Source of the DNA: Bacteroidales bacterium
Lineage (GTDB): Bacteria > Bacteroidota > Bacteroidia > Bacteroidales > VadinHA17
Direction: 5' to 3'
Assembly (NCBI GenBank): GCA_036261255.1
Contig: DATALD010000051.1
Location: forward strand, 2,575 to 66,574
Length of the DNA: 64,000 bases
A program made the position numbers and the translations under genes. Position 1 is the first letter of the stretch, and each line of letters opens with the position of its first letter. This document shows, piece after piece, positions 35,752 through 43,686 of this stretch. Under the pieces are notes generated by a model that was not told where the DNA came from, made no database searches, and worked only from the letters and a program-made list of their open reading frames with translations.

Positions 35752-37086
35752 CTAATTACTCTTTAGTCCGTACTTTGCTATTTTATTGTACAAAGTAACC
35801 CTGTCTACCTTAAGCGCCTTCGCCGCCCGAGAAATATTCCAGCCATATTTTTCAAGAATCAGGCTAATATGGCTTTTTTCAAGATCATCGAGACTTTCGG
35901 CTATATTTCCAGCAGCAGTTTTTTCAATAGGGAGATCTGATATTGTTATCTTTTTCCCATTTCCAATGACTATTGCTCTTTCAATCATGTTTTCCAATTC
36001 ACGAACATTCCCGGGGAAAGAATAGTTTTTCAGCCTTTCAATTGCAGTCTTATCAATGCTCACTTCAGTCCTGTTCATCGAATTGCAGTATTTCTTTGTG
36101 AAGTAATCGATAAGTAATGGGATATCCTCTTCCCTTTCCCTTAATGGCGGTATTTTTATGTTCACAACATTCAGCCTGTAGTACAGATCTTCCCTGAATG
36201 ATCCTTCGTCTACCATCGCTTTCAGGTCCCTGTTTGTCGCACAGATAACCCTGAAATCAGACGATATTTCTTTGTTACCTCCTACCCTCGTAAATCTTTT
36301 TGTTTCAAGAACCCGCAGAAGATCAATCTGCATCTTAACAGATATCGTGGCTATCTCATCAAGAAAAATTGTTCCGTTGTCAGCCATCTCAAACCTTCCC
36401 TTCCTGTTATACATGGCGCCTGTAAAAGCTCCTTTTTCATGCCCGAAAAGCTCACTTTCGAGGAGACTTTCTGATAATGCTCCGCAATGAACGCTGACAA
36501 GCGGGAAAAACTTGCGTGACGAATTTGAATGGATAGCTCGTGCCACAAGTTCCTTACCTGTACCGCTCTCACCAGTAATAACAACTGATGAATTTGATTT
36601 CGAAACACTTTCAATTGCTGAAAGCACCTTCCTCATTGGTTCACTCCTGCCTACCAGGTCATCAATATTTTCGAGACTGACAACCTTCTGCTTTAACGAC
36701 TCATTCTCTTCAACAAGTTTAACCTGCCTCGATGCATTCCTTATCAGGTGAGTAAGATCATCGGGATCAAAAGGTTTGGTTATATAATCAAAAGCGCCAT
36801 CCTTAAGAGCCCTTACAGCAGTGTCGACAGTAGCAAAAGCTGTCATTATTATAATTAATGCATCAGGCCTTAGCTGCTTGATTCGTCGCATCATTTCAAG
36901 ACCATCCATACCAGGCATCTTTATATCTGCAAGAATAATATCAAAATCACCCGACTCAATCATTGTCAGGGCTTTCCCGGCATTTTCAGCACAATCAACC
37001 CTGTACCCGTCTTCCTCGAACCAATTTAATAATGAATCCCTTACAGATTCTTCGTCATCTACGATCAGTATTGATATTGTTTTCAT
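35752..37086 (-). CDS. Sigma-54-dependent response regulator (NtrC family)
   Basis: Receiver (ILIVDDE..ILADIKMPGMDG), AAA+ domain with Walker A GESGTGKE and the GAFTGA motif, and a C-terminal Fis-type HTH. Confidence 0.93.
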   Translation of the reverse strand: MKTISILIVDDEESVRDSLLNWFEEDGYRVDCAENAGKALTMIESGDFDIILADIKMPGMDGLEMMRRIKQLRPDALIIIMTAFATVDTAVRALKDGAFDYITKPFDPDDLTHLIRNASRQVKLVEENESLKQKVVSLENIDDLVGRSEPMRKVLSAIESVSKSNSSVVITGESGTGKELVARAIHSNSSRKFFPLVSVHCGALSESLLESELFGHEKGAFTGAMYNRKGRFEMADNGTIFLDEIATISVKMQIDLLRVLETKRFTRVGGNKEISSDFRVICATNRDLKAMVDEGSFREDLYYRLNVVNIKIPPLREREEDIPLLIDYFTKKYCNSMNRTEVSIDKTAIERLKNYSFPGNVRELENMIERAIVIGNGKKITISDLPIEKTAAGNIAESLDDLEKSHISLILEKYGWNISRAAKALKVDRVTLYNKIAKYGLKSN

Positions 37087-37102
37087 ATTGAGATTTGCCT
37101 AA

Positions 37103-37160
37103 AGTGACTAGAGTGACTAAAGCAAGGAGTGACTAAAGTTGTCATATTAAGAGAGTTATG
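37103..37160. repeat. Inverted copies of the CATAACTCTAGTCACT repeat family
   Basis: AGTGACTA(G/A)AG occurs 3 times (37103, 37112, 37128), plus AGAGTTATG (37152-37160). These are the reverse complement of pieces of the 16-mer tandemly repeated at 18274-18305. The tract overlaps the stop codon of the kinase gene. Confidence 0.7.
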
Positions 37161-38826
37161 TTGTTATGAGGGGAAGGAGGATTGACATAGTGGTGCCTTT
37201 ACCTGGTTCTGTAGTAACATCGATCTGCCCGTTGTGGTTTTTGATAATACCATGAACTATTGCCAGGCCGAGTCCGATTCCTGAAGCCTGGTGTTTTGTT
37301 GAAAAGAACGGTTCGAAAATATGTGGGAAATCATCTTCTCTTATTCCTACTCCATTATCTGCTATATCAATCCTTATATTTCCGCTATCCGGATTTGAGG
37401 TGCCGATTATTATTTCACCATCTGTTGTTATAGCTTCCATAGCGTTAACTATTATAGCTATGCATGCCTGTTTTATCTGGTTGGAACTGCAAAAAACAGT
37501 ATCTGATACAGCAGCAAGGTTAGTTGTGAACCTGATGTTGGCCATTGTCACAGGATGCATCATAAGTTCATACGTCTCCGTTAGAATGTTATTTATATGT
37601 TTTTGTTCAAAATCTTCTTTTTCTTTCCTCGAGAAATCAAGCAATCCTTTTACTATTTCACCACATCTCTTCGTCTCTGCCTCAATAAGCTTAAGATGCC
37701 TGAGCATTGATTCGCGTTTTGAGGCATACACCTCCGGATTGTTTAATTGTTTATGAATCAGCTTTGTGTAAATGAGTATTCCTGACAAGGGATTATTGAG
37801 TTCATGAGCAACAGAAGATGAAAGTTTTCCAAGCGAAGCAATCCTCTCAATATGGATAAGCTCATTCCTGGCAGCACCAAGCTCTTCCGACTTTTTTCTC
37901 ACTTTATATTCGAGCTGTTGTGACCAGTTCTTAAGCTCTTCATTTGCAGCCTGCAACTTGTCCAGCATTTCATTAAAAGCAACAGAAACTGTTCTCATGT
38001 CATCGAGCTGCTGAGGCTTTATATCAAGCCTTGTTGCCTTATCGCCACCAGCCACAGCGAGACTTGCTTTGATAATATTATTAAGCGGCTCTTTAATTTC
38101 CCTCCTGGTAAAAACTATCAGAGTTACTATTAATAACAAGGTAATAATAGTTGCAATGAAATAAAATCTCGCAGACGATTGGCGAACCGTGTTATCAAGA
38201 TCTTCAAGGGGCATCTTGATTATTAATGATCCCAGGATAGCTTCAGATTCCTGATGAGCATGGCATGAAGCTGTGTAACACGATCGTTCATTCAGAATTG
38301 GAGATCTTATAAGAAGATGCCTGTGTGTATTGTCATTTTTATTCATTACGCAATCATTATTAACAGGCATTATCCTGTAGGACTTTTCCTTTGCCGGGAA
38401 CATTGAAGACAGGTTTGTATGGCACGACCGGCAATCAGGATTGCTTTGAGAAGAAGCCATGGTACTTACAGAAGAATAGATAAGGCTGTCGTCTTCATTG
38501 TACATATTAACAGCATCAATACCAGACATAGTATGTATCTGATCGAGAGTATTCTGGAGCATGCTTTTATCATTCTCAAGCATCGAATAATAAAGCGATC
38601 CTTCCACTATTGAGCCTATGTTATTACCATTCTGCCTGATTACGTTGTTAAGGTTATTTTCATAAACAGACTTGAATATGATCCCAAGAGATACAAACAG
38701 GATGATTGATGAAATAGTAATAATGAATACGACACGGCCGTATATTGTCGACCTGAACCTTACATACTGTTTAAATTTTCTTCCTGAATCTCTTTCTCCC
38801 AAAATATTTCCTTGTCCCTGAATCAT
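37156..38826 (-). CDS. Sensor histidine kinase (TM - periplasmic Cys/His-motif domain - TM - HAMP - HisKA - HATPase)
   Basis: TM1 at ~31-52 and TM2 at ~221-240. The periplasmic loop contains CRSCH and CYTASCH. H-box SSVAHELNNPL and G boxes DNGVGI / GIGLGLAIV. Confidence 0.9.
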   Translation of the reverse strand: MIQGQGNILGERDSGRKFKQYVRFRSTIYGRVVFIITISSIILFVSLGIIFKSVYENNLNNVIRQNGNNIGSIVEGSLYYSMLENDKSMLQNTLDQIHTMSGIDAVNMYNEDDSLIYSSVSTMASSQSNPDCRSCHTNLSSMFPAKEKSYRIMPVNNDCVMNKNDNTHRHLLIRSPILNERSCYTASCHAHQESEAILGSLIIKMPLEDLDNTVRQSSARFYFIATIITLLLIVTLIVFTRREIKEPLNNIIKASLAVAGGDKATRLDIKPQQLDDMRTVSVAFNEMLDKLQAANEELKNWSQQLEYKVRKKSEELGAARNELIHIERIASLGKLSSSVAHELNNPLSGILIYTKLIHKQLNNPEVYASKRESMLRHLKLIEAETKRCGEIVKGLLDFSRKEKEDFEQKHINNILTETYELMMHPVTMANIRFTTNLAAVSDTVFCSSNQIKQACIAIIVNAMEAITTDGEIIIGTSNPDSGNIRIDIADNGVGIREDDFPHIFEPFFSTKHQASGIGLGLAIVHGIIKNHNGQIDVTTEPGKGTTMSILLPLITT

Positions 38827-38921
38827 TTCAGACCAGAATTAAACACATCCCATTGCACTAAGTTAGGAAGATTTTCATTAAAAACACATGGCTTCTTCCG
38901 GGATGTTAAACGCCAGGAACT

Positions 38922-40583
38922 TCAGATAATTTCATAAAACCAAACTTGTTTTGAAGGATCGATAATTTTGATTTGAAATTCTTCCCAGGCTTCAGGGCTC
39001 ATCTCAGAAAGGAAACCCTCATACAACATTCCTCCATCCTGAAGAGCAATCGCAAGATTTTCCTGCTTACTTACGAGCGAGGCAAGCATATCTTTTATTT
39101 TCACAAGCTCACCTGTGATGAACTGTTTATGTTTTTCAGTCATGAAAAGAAGCTGGTTTTCGCGCTGCCAGTTGTCAGGTTCAATCATGTAAACCCAGCC
39201 TTCAGAGTATGGGGAATTGTTTATTATCGAGGGATCAGATCCAACCAGGGAGTTTCTTCTGCGGATCGTTCCTGTTACGGGTGAATAGAGCGAGATCTTT
39301 TTCCCGTTCTGAACAAGAGATAACAATACTTCGCCTTTCTTTACTTTATCACCTTCATTTTTCATCTCGATCCTGTTAAGCGGACCAGTGAGCCTCAGAA
39401 TAAAGTCATCTATACCTGTTCTTACATACCCGTTCTGTTCAAGGAAAGCCCAGGTATGAGTCTTATCGAAATACATTCCTGCCGGAAAAATCAGGGTATT
39501 TTCATTAAGAGCCCTGCGAGGCAGGTTTTCAATGATTCCGTCAGCAGGTTTTCGTCTGAACATTCGAGCTGCAAATTGGAAAAGCAGCAAAACTGCAATT
39601 AGTGCACCAATGAATATAAATATTCCTTTAAAAACTGACTTTTGGACGGGATTATCGATTATAGCCGGAATGCCGACTATTCTATCATTTATTGAAACCT
39701 TTTCAGTTGGAAGAATTGTAGTAAAACCTGATTTCTCAATTGTTTCCTGGCCTTCGTTCAGAATAAAGTCAAGAAAAGATTTTGCCTCCTTGTTTTCAGA
39801 GACCGGCATGATAAAATAAATATTTGAATAGAGGCTTTTTTGATATTTCCCGATCCAGACGCCTCTTGTAAACGAAGTAATGTCTTTGAATATGTTTTCA
39901 CTATAGTCAAGTGATCCATTGCCGTCTTTATCTAAAGGTAACAGGTTAATACTTCTCATCAACGAAGTATCGCTGGAATATTGTATGTCGCTAAGCCGGC
40001 AAAAACCGATTGAGTATTTGTCTTCCATAACAGATTTAAGCATTTGCCTTGAATCTTCCGGAAGAACAACATCAATATTTTCCGTTGGCCCTGTAATGCG
40101 TGCTATACTTTCAAGAACGACCTTGTCTTTTGCAACATGCATTGTAATCCTGTCTGCAGCATTGCCTCCCAGGAGATAACCCCAGTTAGCCTTGCTCCTG
40201 TCCTTCATTGCTTCCTGCAGCTTATCTGAAGGAATTCCTTCAGACATTATTGCATCCATGTAAGGGTTCTTTGAATTGAATACAGTTACAACAATGTTGC
40301 GACCTATTACAAACCTTAAATACTCATTACTGGAAAAATCTACAGGATGTTCGCTGCTAACAATTGCCACACTTCCATTTAATGTAATCCCTTTAACAGA
40401 ATCGTTCAGTTCTGTTATAACAATGCTATTCTGACCAGACTTGTAGCTTTTAGCCCATTCACTTGCAAGGTCTTTAATATCTGCAGAACATAGAACATTA
40501 AGTGAGTCCTTATCACCTTTTGAACCTGACACTTTTAAATTTGCAGCAGCCAGCATTATCAGCAAATAGATAATTTTCTTCAT
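38922..40583 (-). CDS. Fusion protein: periplasmic PstS/PhnD-like substrate-binding domain - single TM - cytoplasmic GcvH (glycine-cleavage H / lipoyl-carrier)-like domain
   Basis: Signal peptide. PBP-like region (..IVSSEHP.., YSIGFCRLSDI, LLPLDKDGNG). TM at 318-337 (FKGIFIFIGALIAVLLLFQF). Residues ~365-470, MYFDKTHTWAF..GYVRTGIDDF....G..V.KGEVLLSLVQNGKKISLYSPVTG.....N......P..IN..PY.EGWVYMIEP, follow the GcvH pattern. Confidence 0.65.
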   Translation of the reverse strand: MKKIIYLLIMLAAANLKVSGSKGDKDSLNVLCSADIKDLASEWAKSYKSGQNSIVITELNDSVKGITLNGSVAIVSSEHPVDFSSNEYLRFVIGRNIVVTVFNSKNPYMDAIMSEGIPSDKLQEAMKDRSKANWGYLLGGNAADRITMHVAKDKVVLESIARITGPTENIDVVLPEDSRQMLKSVMEDKYSIGFCRLSDIQYSSDTSLMRSINLLPLDKDGNGSLDYSENIFKDITSFTRGVWIGKYQKSLYSNIYFIMPVSENKEAKSFLDFILNEGQETIEKSGFTTILPTEKVSINDRIVGIPAIIDNPVQKSVFKGIFIFIGALIAVLLLFQFAARMFRRKPADGIIENLPRRALNENTLIFPAGMYFDKTHTWAFLEQNGYVRTGIDDFILRLTGPLNRIEMKNEGDKVKKGEVLLSLVQNGKKISLYSPVTGTIRRRNSLVGSDPSIINNSPYSEGWVYMIEPDNWQRENQLLFMTEKHKQFITGELVKIKDMLASLVSKQENLAIALQDGGMLYEGFLSEMSPEAWEEFQIKIIDPSKQVWFYEII

Positions 40584-40635
40584 TTCTTTTAATTTTTTCC
40601 CTTCTGAAATTCAACTTAGTTATATGCAATTGTTT

Positions 40636-40651
40636 ACCAACAATAGTGCCA
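40636..40651 (-). promoter_or_regulatory. Candidate sigma-54 (-24/-12) promoter for the PBP-GcvH/kinase/NtrC/archaemetzincin operon
   Basis: The minus strand reads TGGCAC-TATTG-TTGGT against the consensus TGGCAC-N5-TTGC(A/T). The -24 element and spacing are perfect and the -12 GC reads GG. It lies about 50 nt upstream of the ATG at 40583. Confidence 0.35.
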
Positions 40652-40846
40652 TTGTATGCATATTACTCATTTACAAGTTGTTGTGCGGCATGAATAATAG
40701 CCTTATCGGATTTTAAATGTAGATATTTTAAACAGTATGAACATAATTATAGTCCCTCTGCCAGGAACAATGTGGTTCATGTTATTGTTGTGTATTTTTT
40801 CAACAAGTGTTGATAATTGCAACAACAAAGGGGATGAATCGAATTG

Positions 40847-40874
40847 GATAAAAATGCAGGGCGTTGCCCTGCAT
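40847..40874 (-). terminator. Rho-independent terminator after the orphan gene at 40887-41600
   Basis: 9-bp stem atgcagggc / gccctgcat with loop gtt. On the minus strand it is followed by TTTTTAT. Confidence 0.7.
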
Positions 40875-40886
40875 TAAGAAAAAAAT

Positions 40887-41600
40887 TTATTGTATCTGTT
40901 CTAAATCTTCAACTTTTATAAATTTCAAAAGCTCAGGTTTGAATCTTACACTTTTATAAAGTGATGAGTCTTGTAAGACATTATGTATCCCATCTATTGA
41001 AGACTGCATAATTCCATATCCTTCAACATTAAAATTCTTATTTATTGTAGGTTTGAAATACTCGACTAAATTGTCACCTATCATTCCATAAGTTTGCATA
41101 CTATAATACACTCGAGTTTTATTGTTATTAAGTTGAACAGAAGCAGCAACATTTGGAAGATTATCAATAGCTATCCCGTTTTTTACTCTTTTGAATAAAT
41201 AATGGAGTGAATAACCACATCCATAAACACTATCGTTATAAACACCTGTTTCTATGTAATAAACATTCACATTTGACTCTTTATTCTCCAACTTCACACC
41301 ACCAAAGCCAGGAATAGTTAAGCCTGCATTATGATCACCATCATAAATTTTTACAACCATGCGCATCTTTTCCAAATCATTTCTAGATTCTGGAATATGT
41401 TTCTTTACGACATTCTGTTCATTATCTGATTTTATGGGTACAGAGCTTCTTGAATCAACTACTCTAAATATAGAATCATTGAGAAAACCCTGAAAGTCCT
41501 CAAGCGCAAGTTTGTTACCACTAAATGAACATCTTGTAAAATTGAATAACAAGAACATAAAAAAAGACACCAAAAGGAAAGTTGATTTAAATGTTTTCAT
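40887..41600 (-). CDS. Hypothetical secreted protein or lipoprotein (orphan), AT-rich gene
   Basis: 237 aa with N-terminal signal FLLVSFFMFLLFNFTRCS. I recognise no family. Visibly more AT-rich than its neighbours, and it has its own terminator. Confidence 0.6.
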   Translation of the reverse strand: MKTFKSTFLLVSFFMFLLFNFTRCSFSGNKLALEDFQGFLNDSIFRVVDSRSSVPIKSDNEQNVVKKHIPESRNDLEKMRMVVKIYDGDHNAGLTIPGFGGVKLENKESNVNVYYIETGVYNDSVYGCGYSLHYLFKRVKNGIAIDNLPNVAASVQLNNNKTRVYYSMQTYGMIGDNLVEYFKPTINKNFNVEGYGIMQSSIDGIHNVLQDSSLYKSVRFKPELLKFIKVEDLEQIQ

Positions 41601-41693
41601 AGCATCAAAGAATTTAAAGTTAGGTAATTGGTTAAATCTTAAGAAATATGAATAACAGCATTTATAATCAAAAAAAATGTGGCTTCTCTGCCT

Positions 41694-43232
41694 TTACCCT
41701 GCCCATCCATCCCTGTCGAGATTCCTGTAATTAATAGCTTCTGAAAGGTGTTCAGCTTTAATATTTTCAGAATCACTGAGATCGGCTATTGTTCGGGCTA
41801 CCTTTAGTATCCTGTCATAAGCCCTGGCGGAGAGACCGCGCATCTCCATAGCGGTTTTGAGTAACCTGCCGCTCATTTCGTCAAGATGGCAGAATTTGCG
41901 TTGCATTGAGGAAGTCATCTGGGCATTTGAATAGATCCCTTTGACGTTTGAAAATCTTTGGGCTTGTATCGCTCTTGCCCTGACCACCCGTTCCCTGACT
42001 ATTGAAGAGCTTTCGGTTTTTACAGAGTCTGTCAGCTTATCATAATTTACTGGTGTTACTTCAATGTGTATGTCAATCCTGTCGAGTAAGGGGCCGGATA
42101 TACGATTGAGATATTTCTGAACCATCCCTGCTGTGCAGACACATTCTTTTTCAGGATGGTTGTGGAAACCACATGGACATGGGTTCATGCTGGCTATAAG
42201 CATAAAGCTTGCCGGGTAGTCTACTGAAGATTTTGCCCTTGAAATTGTTATTACCCGGTCTTCGAGCGGTTGACGCATAACTTCAAGAACTGACCTTTTA
42301 AATTCCGGAAGCTCATCGAGGAATAAAACCCCATTATGGCCAAGGGATATCTCACCTGGTTGAGGGTATGTACCCCCACCAACGAGGGCAACATCAGATA
42401 TTGTATGGTGCGGTGACCTGAATGGTCTCTTTGTCATCAGAGCTGTGTGGTCGTCAATCTTCCCTGCAACAGAATGAATTTTTGTAGTCTCAAGCGCTTC
42501 TTCAATTGTGAGCGGAGGAATAATAGTAGGGACTCTCTTTGCGAGCATCGTCTTGCCTGCACCCGGAGGGCCAACCATAATGACATTATGACCTCCCGCA
42601 GCCGCTACCTCCAGGGCTCTCTTAACATTTTCCTGGCCACGTACATCTGAAAAATCAACTTCGTACCTGTTTGCTTCACTGTTAAATATCTCCTGCAGGT
42701 CAACCTTCACAGGAGAAAACTGTTTTGTATTATTAAAAAAATCAATTACATCGGAAATGTTGTTCATCCCATAGACATCGAGACCTTCAACAACTGCTGC
42801 TTCTCTTTCGTTTTTTGCAGGTACTATCAATCCTTTAAACCCTTCTTCCCTCGCCCTGATAGCTATCGGCAGAACACCTTTGACAGCCTGGAGAGAGCCA
42901 TCGAGTGAAAGCTCTCCAACCATTACATAGGACTCAAGTTCAGAAGATGTTATCATTTCGTTGCCGGCAATAATGCCTATCGCGAGAGGAAGATCGTATG
43001 AAGATCCTTCTTTGCGGATATCGGCAGGCGCCATATTAATAAGCACCTGCTTACCCGGCCAATGGAGTCCGAGCACCCTCAGTGCCGATTCAATCCGCTG
43101 CTGACTCTCTTTGACTGCAACATCAGGAAGCCCTACAAGGAGGAATCTTACGCCCCTGGAAACATTGACTTCAATAGTAATAGTAACGGCATCAATGCCT
43201 GTTACGGCGCTTGTATAAGTTCTGACCAACAT
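41694..43232 (-). CDS. comM: YifB/ComM family Mg-chelatase-like ATPase
   Basis: MLVRTYTSAVTGIDAV.., a Lon-protease-like domain, Walker A VGPPGAGKTM and GVLFLDELPEF. I chose the start at M12 of the track ORF (43232). Confidence 0.92.
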   Translation of the reverse strand: MLVRTYTSAVTGIDAVTITIEVNVSRGVRFLLVGLPDVAVKESQQRIESALRVLGLHWPGKQVLINMAPADIRKEGSSYDLPLAIGIIAGNEMITSSELESYVMVGELSLDGSLQAVKGVLPIAIRAREEGFKGLIVPAKNEREAAVVEGLDVYGMNNISDVIDFFNNTKQFSPVKVDLQEIFNSEANRYEVDFSDVRGQENVKRALEVAAAGGHNVIMVGPPGAGKTMLAKRVPTIIPPLTIEEALETTKIHSVAGKIDDHTALMTKRPFRSPHHTISDVALVGGGTYPQPGEISLGHNGVLFLDELPEFKRSVLEVMRQPLEDRVITISRAKSSVDYPASFMLIASMNPCPCGFHNHPEKECVCTAGMVQKYLNRISGPLLDRIDIHIEVTPVNYDKLTDSVKTESSSIVRERVVRARAIQAQRFSNVKGIYSNAQMTSSMQRKFCHLDEMSGRLLKTAMEMRGLSARAYDRILKVARTIADLSDSENIKAEHLSEAINYRNLDRDGWAG

Positions 43233-43327
43233 AATTGTAGCACACATTTGGAAATGCAGCATCAAATTATGAAGAATTTGTCAAAGAGCAATCAAATAAT
43301 CCCTGAAAAGTTGAGCCTGGCTCTTAA

Positions 43328-43669
43328 TCAAATGGCATCACTTCCTCTCTCCCCGGTCCTGATCCTTATACATTCTTCGAGCGGAGTAATGAATATTTTT
43401 CCATCACCTACCTTGCCCCCGTTTGTGCGTGCTGCCTTAAGGATTGTTTCAACAGTGATATCAACAAAAGCATCATTAACCGCAATGTCAATTCTTATCT
43501 TTGGTGTAAGGTCAGGAATAATAACCTGGCCTCTGTGCAGTTCTTCAATTCTCTGCCTTCCATGTCCGGATACCTGACTGACAGTTATCCTGTTTATCTC
43601 AGCTTCTACAAGGGCTGTGCGTACCTTGTCGAGCTGGACTTCTCTTATAATTGCTGTAATTACTTTCAT
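43328..43669 (-). CDS. glnK: P-II family nitrogen regulator
   Basis: 113 aa. MKVITAIIR...LD.V..AL.. and GDGKIFI.PLEE. It lies immediately downstream of the ammonium transporter. Confidence 0.93.
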   Translation of the reverse strand: MKVITAIIREVQLDKVRTALVEAEINRITVSQVSGHGRQRIEELHRGQVIIPDLTPKIRIDIAVNDAFVDITVETILKAARTNGGKVGDGKIFITPLEECIRIRTGERGSDAI

Positions 43670-43686
43670 TTAGTTAGCTTTTAATA

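Noticed and set aside
40620-40651. Alternative sigma-54 -12 element using the TTGCAT at about 40624-40629 (minus strand).
   Set aside because: Its spacing from the TGGCAC is about 16 nt instead of 5. Only the TTGGT at the correct spacing was kept, and the mismatch is noted.
43062-43577. 171-aa plus-strand ORF spanning the comM 5' end, the intergenic gap and glnK.
   Set aside because: It is antisense to two well-supported genes and crosses an intergenic region. There is no recognisable domain, so I treat it as an artefact.
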